A stretch of 46,365 nt of DNA from Spirochaetota bacterium. GTDB lineage: Bacteria; Spirochaetota; Spirochaetia; SPDA01; JAJSAL01. A model generated the notes under the pieces. That model had not been told where the DNA came from. It saw only the letters and a program-made list of their open reading frames with translations, and made no database searches. Of this stretch, positions 16,914-26,126 are shown piece by piece (the stretch's first letter is position 1; every line of letters starts with the position of its first letter). Where the stretch lies: the NCBI GenBank assembly GCA_024274705.1, contig JAJSAL010000044.1, forward strand, positions 1 to 46,365. The letters are read 5' to 3'. Position numbers and translations under genes: made by a program.

Positions 16914-18725
16914 ATGATTAAACCCGGTAAACTCAAAAAGCTTTTCATAGTTCTCCTTATTCTCCTTTTCATATTCGGCACCGTATATGTATTCGCCCGG
17001 GCCGGTGGAGCCGGCGGAGGCAGAAGCAGCGGAGGAAGCGGCGGAGGTGATGGAGGCGCTGTCATCTTCTGGGTAATCATGCTGATGGTTCAAACTATCG
17101 GCCCCATCCCCACTGCCATCGTCGTTATCGTTGCCCTCATCCTTTTATCGGTCTTCGGTAAAAAGATGAAAGCCCAGTCACCTATGAAAAACCTGCACAT
17201 ACCTGAAAAACCGGCGGCCCAGGTGCGGGGGTACAAGGATTTTATCCGGTACAATCCCGGCTTTGACGAGGATGCATTTAAAAAGAAAGTGTCCTCCGCC
17301 TTTACCGCCATTCAGAACGCATGGTCCACCATGAACCTTTCCGGGGTACGACGTTACATATCAGACGGTGTATACCAGCGGTTCACTACCCAGTTCACCA
17401 TGATGAAACTGCTGAAGCAGCGGAATCCCATCGACAACATCAGGATTCACAGTGTAACTATAGTTAAATTCGAGACCGACGGAAGGTACGACAGCGTTGA
17501 CGTTGCGATAAAGGCGACTATGCGGGACAAATTCGTATGTGAAACCAATCATTCACTGGATTCTCCGGGAGGTGACGAGACATTTACCGAATTCTGGTCT
17601 TTCTTAAAGAAACGGGGTATAGAGGAAAAAGATATCTATTCGTCAAATTCCTGTCCCAACTGCTCTGCCCCTCTCCAGGAAGATATGGGTGAAATCGGGA
17701 AATGCGGCTATTGCGGCGTCATGGTCAACAGCGGTGAGTTCGACTGGGTGCTGTCGGAGATCACCCAGGCTGACGACTACTTCAAAGGAACAGCCCTGCA
17801 GAAAGCACAGAACCTCCATGGAAAGATACAGGCCCTTATCGAGGAGTACGAAGATTTCTCCGTCCAGCTCCTGGAAGACAAGGCAAGCAACGGGTATCTC
17901 CAGATACAGACTGCAATGGTACAACAGGACCCCGCCGTTATGAGGAGGTTTGTCACCGATGAAGCGTACGAAAAACTGAAAAGCCGGATTCCCGACAGGC
18001 CCATCGTATTCAACCGCCTGTTCTTAAACGATGTTTCCCTTATCGGGGCCAGTAAAGAAGAGAACCGGAGCATCCTCTTAGTGTCGGTGACACTCTCGTA
18101 CCAGCGGGTACTCCTTAAAGAAAACGGTAAAGCCGATATCATCGACCCATCAATCATTTCCCGGCCGGAGGTAATGGTCCTCCAGCGGGAAGCATACGCC
18201 GGCGAAACCAAGGGTTCTCTTTACAGTCACACCTGCCCGAGTTGCGGCGGGTCCGTACAGGATTCCCTGGATTTAAACTGTACATTCTGCGGAGTTCCCC
18301 TTAACAGCGAAAAAAGCGAGTGGATCATTGCGGACATCATGTCCATGGTTGAATACAGAAGCTATTTTCAGGAGAAGCGCAAAGGGCTGGATATAAAGGT
18401 CAGCCCGGACCTGATGGACAGCCTTTTTGAAGTGAAAGATTATGCTCTGAACAACGTGATGGTTATGATAGGTGCAGACGGCATCTTCGCGGAAGAAGAG
18501 AAAAGCTTTGCCCGGAGTATGGCCCGGAAATGGGGGTTCAACGCCGCACGGATTACTCCCCTCTTCGATCTTGCAAAAAGCGGCAGGCTCTCCATAAAGA
18601 TGCCTTCGGATCCGAACAAGAGGAGGGCGATCTACAAGCTCATGGTCAAGGCGGCAGAGGCGGACCAGGACGTCTCCCGGGAGGAAAAAGACCTTCTCGC
18701 ATTCGTAGAAAAAGAGTACCTTTAG
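16914..18725 (+). CDS. Membrane-anchored multidomain protein with two N-terminal TM helices flanking a Gly-rich loop, then two tandem units of (Tim44-like/NTF2-like domain + C4 zinc ribbon), then a C-terminal TerB-like domain.
   Basis: TM helices LFIVLLILLFIFGTVYVF and PIPTAIVVIVALILLSVF. Zinc ribbons CPNCSAPL...CGYCG and CPSCGG...CTFCG. The C-terminal MVMIGADGIFAEEEKSFARSMA...AIYKLMVKAAEADQDVSREEKDLL resembles the TerB helical repeats. The Tim44-like assignment is tentative. Confidence 0.6.
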   Translation: MIKPGKLKKLFIVLLILLFIFGTVYVFARAGGAGGGRSSGGSGGGDGGAVIFWVIMLMVQTIGPIPTAIVVIVALILLSVFGKKMKAQSPMKNLHIPEKPAAQVRGYKDFIRYNPGFDEDAFKKKVSSAFTAIQNAWSTMNLSGVRRYISDGVYQRFTTQFTMMKLLKQRNPIDNIRIHSVTIVKFETDGRYDSVDVAIKATMRDKFVCETNHSLDSPGGDETFTEFWSFLKKRGIEEKDIYSSNSCPNCSAPLQEDMGEIGKCGYCGVMVNSGEFDWVLSEITQADDYFKGTALQKAQNLHGKIQALIEEYEDFSVQLLEDKASNGYLQIQTAMVQQDPAVMRRFVTDEAYEKLKSRIPDRPIVFNRLFLNDVSLIGASKEENRSILLVSVTLSYQRVLLKENGKADIIDPSIISRPEVMVLQREAYAGETKGSLYSHTCPSCGGSVQDSLDLNCTFCGVPLNSEKSEWIIADIMSMVEYRSYFQEKRKGLDIKVSPDLMDSLFEVKDYALNNVMVMIGADGIFAEEEKSFARSMARKWGFNAARITPLFDLAKSGRLSIKMPSDPNKRRAIYKLMVKAAEADQDVSREEKDLLAFVEKEYL

Positions 18726-19250
18726 GAGGACAGGGACCGAATCTACCAGGCAATGTTACCCTGTATCGTTCGATTATACTGTCGTTCGTCAGAAGAGATA
18801 GTCTTTCATTTCTGGATTGATCGATCAGAATACGATCGAAAGGGTCATGGTGAATATCCGGAAGGTTTATAATCCGAACACTCGAGGCGGTGTAACCGGA
18901 AGCATTTCAGAACCGAGTGTCCATTAAAGAAAGATACATGTATCTAAAAGACACCTCATCTAAGAAATTCCTTTAGTATTTCTTCGGGTAAAGAATCATT
19001 AAAATTCTCACTTATCGAACCCTTATTTTCATTCCTGCCGGGCTTGCGGGAACGCCTTGGTTCCTTCAATGCAGTTATTGCAGGGGTTTTTCGGTGAACG
19101 CCGGCAGGGCGGAACCAGCAGGTCATCTCTTTCTTCAACGCTGGTTACTGGGCTTCTACGCTCCTGCTGTTGCTGATAACAGCAGTATAGCAAAAACAGT
19201 CGTCATACGGTAATCTTACAATCATTTTCATCAAAAAGGCAGATTCACCT

Positions 19251-22200
19251 ATGAGAAAATTGGGAATCGACATCGGGTCCATGTACCTCGGGGCCGTTCT
19301 CCTGGACACTGAGAGGGGAGTCCTCCATTGCTCCTACGGGGAGCACAAGGGGAATATCCTGGAATCTTTTGAGGCTGTACTTACAGATTCCCGTTTCAAT
19401 GAATTCGATACTATAGGCATAACCGGTCACCTTCGCCCCCACCAAGGCCTGGTATTCGATACTATCCTCTCCCTGGCCAGGGGAATCCAGTACCTGGTAC
19501 CGGGAAACAGTAATACCGTATCCATCGGCGGCGAGAGCTTCTGCCTTATCCTCTTCGATGAACATGGTACATACAAGGAGCATATCCTCAATCCTCCATG
19601 TGCCGCAGGTACGGGTAGTTTTCTTCAGCAGCAGGCGGAGAGGCTGGGCCTTTCGATTTCACAGTTCGCCGAAACGGCACGAGAATTCACCGGCAGGGCT
19701 CCTTCCATAGCCACACGGTGTTCGGTATTCGCAAAAACAGACATCATCCACGCCATGCAGGAAGGGTATTCCAGGGACTCTGTGAGTGCAGGACTGTGTG
19801 AAGGTATTGCAAGGAACATCATCGATTCCCTGATAAAAGGGAGGGAGCTGCACCCGCCCCTCGCGCTCACCGGCGGGGTTGCGCTGAACAAAAAAGTTAC
19901 GGCTTCTCTTTCTTCTCTATCCGGTGTGGAGATTACCGTCCCTGAACATGCCCATCTGGCAGGAGCTATCGGCGCCGCCCTGATAGGTTCAGCGGAATCA
20001 TGTACTCCCTCCAGCCTTATAGACGAGGAAAAACAGCACCGCCGGGTTCGTCCGGTAATCACGATGAATGGCAGTCATTATCCCGATTTCGCATCAGTAT
20101 TCTTTAACGATGAGGACGGGGTTGAAATCATGACATCCAGGGAGCAGATATACGAACTCACCGACCTCTACTTAGGGATAGATATCGGCTCAACAAGTAC
20201 CAAGGCCGCCCTGATAACAGGAACCGGCGATTTCGTAGCCGGCTTTTACACCGCTACAGGGGGTAAACCTGTCGACGCAACAGCTTCGATACTCAATACG
20301 GCCAGGAAAACCCTCAACACCGGTGTACTGCAGGCTGCGGCTGTTGCCGTTACCGGTTCCGGCAGAAAGATGATCGGGGAGCTCTTTTCCGCAGACCTGG
20401 TAATCGACGAAATAACGGCACACGCCAGGGCGGCGGTGTTCCTGGAACCGAAAGCGGACACAATCATCGAAATCGGCGGACAGGACTCCAAATTCACCCG
20501 CATTCGGAACGGAAATGTGTACTACTCCACGATGAATTACGTGTGTGCAGCCGGTACGGGCAGCTTTATCGAAGAACAGGCAAAAAAACTGGGGGTTCCC
20601 CTATCTGAGTTCTCCGATCTTGCCATGGGAAGCGAGTCCCCTTACTTAAGTGACCGGTGTACGGTGTATATGGAAAGGGATTTAGGTGTTCTGTTAGGTG
20701 AAGGATGGAAACGTTCCGGCCTTGCTGCTTCCACCCTTTTTTCGGTGCGGGACAACTATCTTTCGAAAGTAGTGGGGAAATCACCCTTAGGAGATTACAT
20801 CGTGTTCCAGGGAGCCACAGCAAGGAACAAAGCCCTGATAGCCTGTTTCGAAGAACTCTTACAAAAGCCGATCCATGTATCCGAATACTGTCATCTTACC
20901 GGTGCCATCGGCGCAGCTCTTCTGGCTGTGGATAAAAAGATTACCCGTTCCGTGTTCTCTTTCTCCTTAAGTGCTCACGCATCACGGGAAGAAACCTGTG
21001 CGGTCTGTTCCAACAACTGCCGTCTTACCGTGATCGAGGCGGATGGGAAAACAGCCGGATGGGGGATGAAGTGCGGGTCCGATTACGAAAGCCGGAAGCC
21101 CAGGAAGAAGGTCATTTCCGCACCGGAAAAACGTTACCGCCGGGCCATGGCCCACATGTACGAAACTCCCGGTGATCCGGGAGGGAATGGTATTACTGTG
21201 GCTGTTCCCGATTTTCTCTATAACTCAGGGTATGCCCCCTTGTGGTACAGTCTCTTCACCCGCATAGGATGCCGGGTGGTCCTGCCGAAACCCGGGAGGA
21301 ACCTGATGGACCAGGGAAAAAAACTGGTGAACTCCGATTTCTGTGCGCCCATGATCTATGCCCACGGCATGACGGAACAGCTCTTTGCCGAAAAACCGGA
21401 TTTTCTCTTCTCGCCTGTGGTGATCAACGATAACAACCCGGGCCAGGAGGAGTTTCTATTCAAGAAAAAAACCGAGGACGCCTATTTCTGTTACTACTCA
21501 CAGTACCTTCCGACGATAACCGAGCACTGTACATCCCTATCGGGAAAAGGGAACATAGCTTCCCCGGTTATCATGTTCAACGAAATGAGCCTTCAGGAGG
21601 TGGGAAATGCCATATTCTCAGGTACCGAACGATTCATTCCCGGACTGGTACTAAGGGACGTACATACGGCACTGGAGCAGGCTTACCTGGATTATCAAAA
21701 CTGTCTGGATACATGGAAAGAATCAGCCGAAGCCGCCGGGAACCCTTCCGGTGAACCGGAAATCGTCATCCTGGGCAGGCCTTACGTGATGTTCAATCCG
21801 GCCATGAACTTAAGTATTCCTGAAAAATTCGAGTCCCTCGGTGCCGGCGTCTACTGGATGGAAGAACTGGACCTTGCCGGTTTCCAGCCGGCGTTCAGCG
21901 CCCAATTTCTATCGAGGATGCACTGGCACTACGGAAAGGCGATCCTTAAGGCCGCTGAGTATGCGGCACAGAAAGATACCATGTTTCCCGTATTCCTCAC
22001 CTGCTTCAGGTGCAGTCCCGATGCATTCCTCTTAAGTTATGTGAAGGACATTCTGGAGCATTACGATAAACCGTTTCTCGTTCTTCAACTGGATGAACAC
22101 AGCTCAGACGTGGGATACGAAACCCGGATCGAAGCCGGACTCCACTCGTTCCGCAATTTCATTCGCGACCATGGAGACGAAAGAAAGACCGAAGCCCCTT

Positions 22201-23372
22201 CCCGGGTGAAGGACGATCCCCTCCTTGAAGGAGACACAGTGCTCATCCCCTACATGGACGGACTGATCAGCCGGTTCTGGGCTGCCTGTTTCAACAAGGC
22301 CGGTTATTCCAGCGTACTCCTGAATGCAGACGAAGTGTCCCTCAATACAGGGTACCGCTTTGCAAGCGGTGGGGAATGCATGCCCCTCGTATCAATTGCG
22401 GGCGGTGTTATCGAAGCAATGAAAGATAAAAACCTGGTACCGGAAAAGACCTACCTCTACCTTCCTACCCTGTGCCTGGCGTGTAACTTTCCCCAGTTTC
22501 CCGTTTTTTCCGCTATGGCGTTCCGGAACGCCGGCCTGGAAAAACTTAAAATCGGGCTGGTGAACATCATGTCCCCGGGAGACGTTCTCCCACACATCTT
22601 ATCGTTCCGCATCCTGGAATCCAACATCCTGGGGAGCCTGTTGTACAAACTCTATTTTCGGGTTAAACCCTATGAAATTGAAGCCGGCGGCACAGACAGG
22701 GTGTTCAAACAAAGTACCGGGAAGATTCTTTCCGGTATTTCCGGTGGGGAAGATCTGAAAAAAATCCTGAAAGATATCGTTGCCGATTTCAGCAGTATCG
22801 AAAGGGATGAGTCGGGAGGCAGGAAACCCCGCCTGGGCCTCTTAGGCGACCTCTATGTCAAGTTCAACGAAGTGGTTAATCAGAACCTCGTCGGCGTGGT
22901 TGATGAACTTGGGGGAGAACTTATCGTTCCTTCCCTTACGGAATATCCCTTTCACTTCTATGATGCAGACGTGCGCATCCACAACGACAATCCCAGGCCG
23001 TACCGCCTTCTCAAAGTAATCGAAGAACGGTACGAAAAAATCACCGAGGACCTTCTGGACGGATTATTGGAGCCTGATTTCAAGGAGTGTCTTACCCTGC
23101 TGGAAGAATACGGAATACGCCATTATATTGCCGGGGAAACGTCGATCAACCTTGGACGGGCACTGTACTGGATAAAGAACGGGCTGGTAGACGCGATTAT
23201 CCACGTGAATCCCATGTTCTGCTGCCCCGGGGTGGTAAGTGCATCGGTGTTCAGGAAGATTCAGGAAGATTTCCGTGTACCTATAATCGATATCTTTTAC
23301 GACGGAACAGGAGACCGGAACAGGGTACTGGTTCCCCACACCCATTTTCTCCGGGCGGCACGGGAACATTAA
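19251..23372 (+). CDS. Giant fusion protein carrying two BadF/BadG/BcrA/BcrD-type ATPase (CoA-substrate-specific enzyme activase) domains and 2-hydroxyacyl-CoA-dehydratase D-component-like (DUF2229) domains.
   Basis: Two ASKHA-type ATPase starts (LGIDIGSMYLGAVLLD and LGIDIGSTSTKAALI), Cys-containing dehydratase-like regions (CAVCSNNC, CLACNFPQ, C-terminal MFCCPGV), and a length of 1373 aa, typical of this uncharacterized family in anaerobes. Confidence 0.85.
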   Translation: MRKLGIDIGSMYLGAVLLDTERGVLHCSYGEHKGNILESFEAVLTDSRFNEFDTIGITGHLRPHQGLVFDTILSLARGIQYLVPGNSNTVSIGGESFCLILFDEHGTYKEHILNPPCAAGTGSFLQQQAERLGLSISQFAETAREFTGRAPSIATRCSVFAKTDIIHAMQEGYSRDSVSAGLCEGIARNIIDSLIKGRELHPPLALTGGVALNKKVTASLSSLSGVEITVPEHAHLAGAIGAALIGSAESCTPSSLIDEEKQHRRVRPVITMNGSHYPDFASVFFNDEDGVEIMTSREQIYELTDLYLGIDIGSTSTKAALITGTGDFVAGFYTATGGKPVDATASILNTARKTLNTGVLQAAAVAVTGSGRKMIGELFSADLVIDEITAHARAAVFLEPKADTIIEIGGQDSKFTRIRNGNVYYSTMNYVCAAGTGSFIEEQAKKLGVPLSEFSDLAMGSESPYLSDRCTVYMERDLGVLLGEGWKRSGLAASTLFSVRDNYLSKVVGKSPLGDYIVFQGATARNKALIACFEELLQKPIHVSEYCHLTGAIGAALLAVDKKITRSVFSFSLSAHASREETCAVCSNNCRLTVIEADGKTAGWGMKCGSDYESRKPRKKVISAPEKRYRRAMAHMYETPGDPGGNGITVAVPDFLYNSGYAPLWYSLFTRIGCRVVLPKPGRNLMDQGKKLVNSDFCAPMIYAHGMTEQLFAEKPDFLFSPVVINDNNPGQEEFLFKKKTEDAYFCYYSQYLPTITEHCTSLSGKGNIASPVIMFNEMSLQEVGNAIFSGTERFIPGLVLRDVHTALEQAYLDYQNCLDTWKESAEAAGNPSGEPEIVILGRPYVMFNPAMNLSIPEKFESLGAGVYWMEELDLAGFQPAFSAQFLSRMHWHYGKAILKAAEYAAQKDTMFPVFLTCFRCSPDAFLLSYVKDILEHYDKPFLVLQLDEHSSDVGYETRIEAGLHSFRNFIRDHGDERKTEAPSRVKDDPLLEGDTVLIPYMDGLISRFWAACFNKAGYSSVLLNADEVSLNTGYRFASGGECMPLVSIAGGVIEAMKDKNLVPEKTYLYLPTLCLACNFPQFPVFSAMAFRNAGLEKLKIGLVNIMSPGDVLPHILSFRILESNILGSLLYKLYFRVKPYEIEAGGTDRVFKQSTGKILSGISGGEDLKKILKDIVADFSSIERDESGGRKPRLGLLGDLYVKFNEVVNQNLVGVVDELGGELIVPSLTEYPFHFYDADVRIHNDNPRPYRLLKVIEERYEKITEDLLDGLLEPDFKECLTLLEEYGIRHYIAGETSINLGRALYWIKNGLVDAIIHVNPMFCCPGVVSASVFRKIQEDFRVPIIDIFYDGTGDRNRVLVPHTHFLRAAREH

Positions 23373-23496
23373 AAATACGAATTAATACCCATCTTGATGC
23401 CGAAACCGCTTCCTATCTATTCTCATCCTGATCTCTTCTTATCCGTTTATCCGAAACTCAAAAGATGTAGAGAAACCCGGGTTGATTGCAGATTCT

Positions 23497-25521
23497 TCAG
23501 CTCCGGCCGAGAATTTTCAGCATGTAAAGCTCGATGTACTGTTTGAACTCATCTTTATGTTTTATTTTTTCAAACGCCTTGTTGCCGGCAAGCCTCTCTG
23601 CCATGGACCTGATTCCGTTGGCATCAGGCGGTTTGATCAGAATGCCCCTTTTAAGGCCACGGATGAAATCCCGGATCATGCTGTTCACATCTTCTATCAG
23701 GTCTTTCCGGGCTTTTTCATCGAAGAGAGGATTCCACCGGGTCGTGAGTTCCTTCATACTTTTATCCAGGGATCCATCGGGTCCGACAAATTCCAGGGTA
23801 AGGGCTGCTATGTGCTTCCGGAAAACAACCATTTTTGCTTTAGCAGTCTGGCCGGAAGATGGTGCATCCCCTGCCGGGGCTGATGGTTTTTCCCGGGCTT
23901 CCTGGGTAGACACTTTTTTAAACCCGGCCCTCGGTTTATACGAAGGAGCGGTGGAAATGAAACCTCTCTTACTGCTTTGCTCTCGCTCCTTCCCTTTCTT
24001 CTTCCCTGAACCCCGGAGCAGCCTTTTCACTAAAACGAAGAGGGGGCCGAATACAGGCATCACCTGCCACATGGGCAGCCGTCTCCTGGCGTCCGTAAGC
24101 AGTTCGTTTCGATCGAGTTTCAGAATTTCATCCAGGGGAATCAGTGACTTTTGATTCACGTCAAAAAGACGGTTGATATTGAACTCCACCTGCTTTGATA
24201 GTGTTACTTCGTCTTTCGTCAGATAAAGAAGTTCATAGTTGAGCAGGACATGGAGAAGAGGGTCTTCCTGCTTCAGCCGGTCCTCCAGGGTTTTTAAGAA
24301 CCGGTCGTCATCGTTCATCACGCTGGAAGATTTCAGGTCCTTCATCTGCTCCGCCCATTCATCCACGAAACTCTGGCGGTAGGCGGAAGACGCTTTGAAA
24401 ATCTTCTTTACACACAGCGGAAGCACTGCATCTTTATGAATATAGTATTGTTTCTTCTCCGGTGTATTCAGACGCAGGACTTCAGGAATCGCTTTATCCT
24501 GCTCAGGACGGGTTCTCCGTTCGAGATAGGAATTAAGCTCCTCCCGGGAAACCTTTTTCGTTAACAGGATCCCTTTAGGGTCTTTGAAATTATAAATATC
24601 GGATACTGAAAAGAAATAAGGTTCTCTTTTAAGGGATTTTTCCACATACCTGAATGCCTCATGGCTATCTTTTTCCTTCCGGATAAGCCCTTTGTGAAAC
24701 ACGGCATAGAAACCGATGAGAAACGATGCCTGACAGAAACTCGTCTCCTCTGCAAGTTTATTCGTTTTCGGCCGGTACTCCTGGATGATGAGGTTAGCCA
24801 GAGTAGTCCAGAAACGGAAGGAAAACTCTGTGGGCTTAAGTATCTGCTCCAGGCTTTTTCCTGTTTTCACCATGATATCGTCGATGGTATCTTTCAGTAC
24901 AATATCCTTTTTACCCAGCACACCCTGCAGCTTATTGAAAATGTAGTTCGCGTTTCTCCGGGTCCCCATATATACCTTGATCTTGCCCAGGGAAAGTTCC
25001 AACAGATTTTTTTTGAGAACATTCCCTGGAATTATCATGGAATTGAACCCCTCAGGAAACGTAAGAAGTACGATGGAGGTATCCGGTGTTGCCTCCTTCT
25101 CTTTCAGCCAATCCACAAATTCACTTTTTACATTAATGACGGTCAGCAGTTCCTGGGGAATCTTCAAATTCAGCGTTTCTTCCGTGGGAAACGGGATTTC
25201 GGGGTTGCCTTCGATCCTCCTGTACTCATCCTGAAGGGTATCCCCAAAAAAATCAGGATACAGAACACGATGAATGAGTGTATCTTCGTATTCGAGTTTT
25301 ATTCTTTTTTCCGATGCCAGGCTTTCCAATTCAGCAGTAAGCACTGTCGCAGGATTTTCAAGAAACATTTTCAGTTCCGGATGTTTTTCCTTATATTTTT
25401 CAGCGTAATTCTGCACAAAGGTTTCGAAAGGTGCATACATCAGGCTAGGACTTTTCTTTTTCGCAGCATAGTACCTTATAATTTTTAATACTTCATTACT
25501 CTCTGACATACTTAAGCCCAT
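23497..25521 (-). CDS. Large Lys/Glu-rich hypothetical protein with a single central TM segment. No recognizable domain.
   Basis: Long ORF with protein-like composition. The start is set at an internal Met to avoid a 14-nt overlap with the upstream DUF456 gene. TM segment MWQVMPVFGPLFVLVKRLL. Confidence 0.5.
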   Translation of the reverse strand: MGLSMSESNEVLKIIRYYAAKKKSPSLMYAPFETFVQNYAEKYKEKHPELKMFLENPATVLTAELESLASEKRIKLEYEDTLIHRVLYPDFFGDTLQDEYRRIEGNPEIPFPTEETLNLKIPQELLTVINVKSEFVDWLKEKEATPDTSIVLLTFPEGFNSMIIPGNVLKKNLLELSLGKIKVYMGTRRNANYIFNKLQGVLGKKDIVLKDTIDDIMVKTGKSLEQILKPTEFSFRFWTTLANLIIQEYRPKTNKLAEETSFCQASFLIGFYAVFHKGLIRKEKDSHEAFRYVEKSLKREPYFFSVSDIYNFKDPKGILLTKKVSREELNSYLERRTRPEQDKAIPEVLRLNTPEKKQYYIHKDAVLPLCVKKIFKASSAYRQSFVDEWAEQMKDLKSSSVMNDDDRFLKTLEDRLKQEDPLLHVLLNYELLYLTKDEVTLSKQVEFNINRLFDVNQKSLIPLDEILKLDRNELLTDARRRLPMWQVMPVFGPLFVLVKRLLRGSGKKKGKEREQSSKRGFISTAPSYKPRAGFKKVSTQEAREKPSAPAGDAPSSGQTAKAKMVVFRKHIAALTLEFVGPDGSLDKSMKELTTRWNPLFDEKARKDLIEDVNSMIRDFIRGLKRGILIKPPDANGIRSMAERLAGNKAFEKIKHKDEFKQYIELYMLKILGRS

Positions 25522-25558
25522 CTTAATATCGGGTATATGTTGTGTCAAGGAAAGGAGA

Positions 25559-26050
25559 TTATCCTGCCCCAAGGGCTTTTACAAAGAAATAGAAAATCGT
25601 GCCGGAAACAGCCAGTTTAAGGATGATTGCAAGCATGGTACCGAGAAAAACGCCCCACCCGGCCCTGAGGGCGTTTCTTTTATCCTTACTGAAGATCATC
25701 TCCCCGGCAACGGCCCCGAGAAAGGTAAAGATAAGCATACCGAAAGGGGGCAGGACAAAAATACCCACAATCATGCCGATTATCGAGCCCCGGATACCGG
25801 CTTTTGAAGCTCCCTTTTTCTTCGAAGTGATCACAGGAAGGAAATAATCGAGAAGGGTCACCACAGCGGTGATAACGGCCATGATAATCAGGAACACCGG
25901 AGAAAAAGCTTCCCAGTCCCGCATAATGGAAACGAGAATAAGAGCTATGTAGCTCAACGCCGGCCCGGGAATGATAGGCAGAACACACCCGATAAACCCG
26001 ACGATAACCGAAGCAAAGCCTAAGGCAATAAGCAGAATATCCAGTACCAT
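25559..26050 (-). CDS. DUF456-family small membrane protein.
   Basis: GFIGCVLPIIPGP motif and four TM helices, ~160 aa. Confidence 0.65.
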   Translation of the reverse strand: MVLDILLIALGFASVIVGFIGCVLPIIPGPALSYIALILVSIMRDWEAFSPVFLIIMAVITAVVTLLDYFLPVITSKKKGASKAGIRGSIIGMIVGIFVLPPFGMLIFTFLGAVAGEMIFSKDKRNALRAGWGVFLGTMLAIILKLAVSGTIFYFFVKALGAG

Positions 26051-26126
26051 GAGTGTTATTATGATTTGTTTTTCCGGGTTTTACAATATTTACGCTGCAG
26101 AAACGTGAAGTGCGGCTTTTACTCCT

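Noticed and set aside
16990-17060. GGA/GGC-rich tandem triplet repeats, considered as a possible repeat array.
   Set aside because: It is in frame within the 603-aa gene and encodes a poly-Gly loop between two TM helices. This is coding low complexity, not a DNA repeat element or CRISPR.
18956-19138. 60-aa basic ORF (minus strand) inside the long leader of the activase gene.
   Set aside because: No Shine-Dalgarno, and its composition is extremely basic and low-complexity. The region is more plausibly non-coding structured leader.
24661-25488. A 275-aa plus-strand ORF, and several others, lying antisense inside the 691-aa gene. Similar shadow ORFs occur inside parE (28691..29476), the OFOR genes (37654..38229) and the giant activase gene.
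   Set aside because: These are long antisense ORFs within confidently assigned genes. Their translations are low-complexity or biased (Phe/Ile/Lys or Arg/Pro runs), as is typical of shadow frames in GC-skewed coding DNA.
26051-26126. A possible terminator hairpin between parC and the DUF456 gene.
   Set aside because: Only one arm (CGTGAAGTGCGGC) is present on the strand, with no complementary partner and no T-run.
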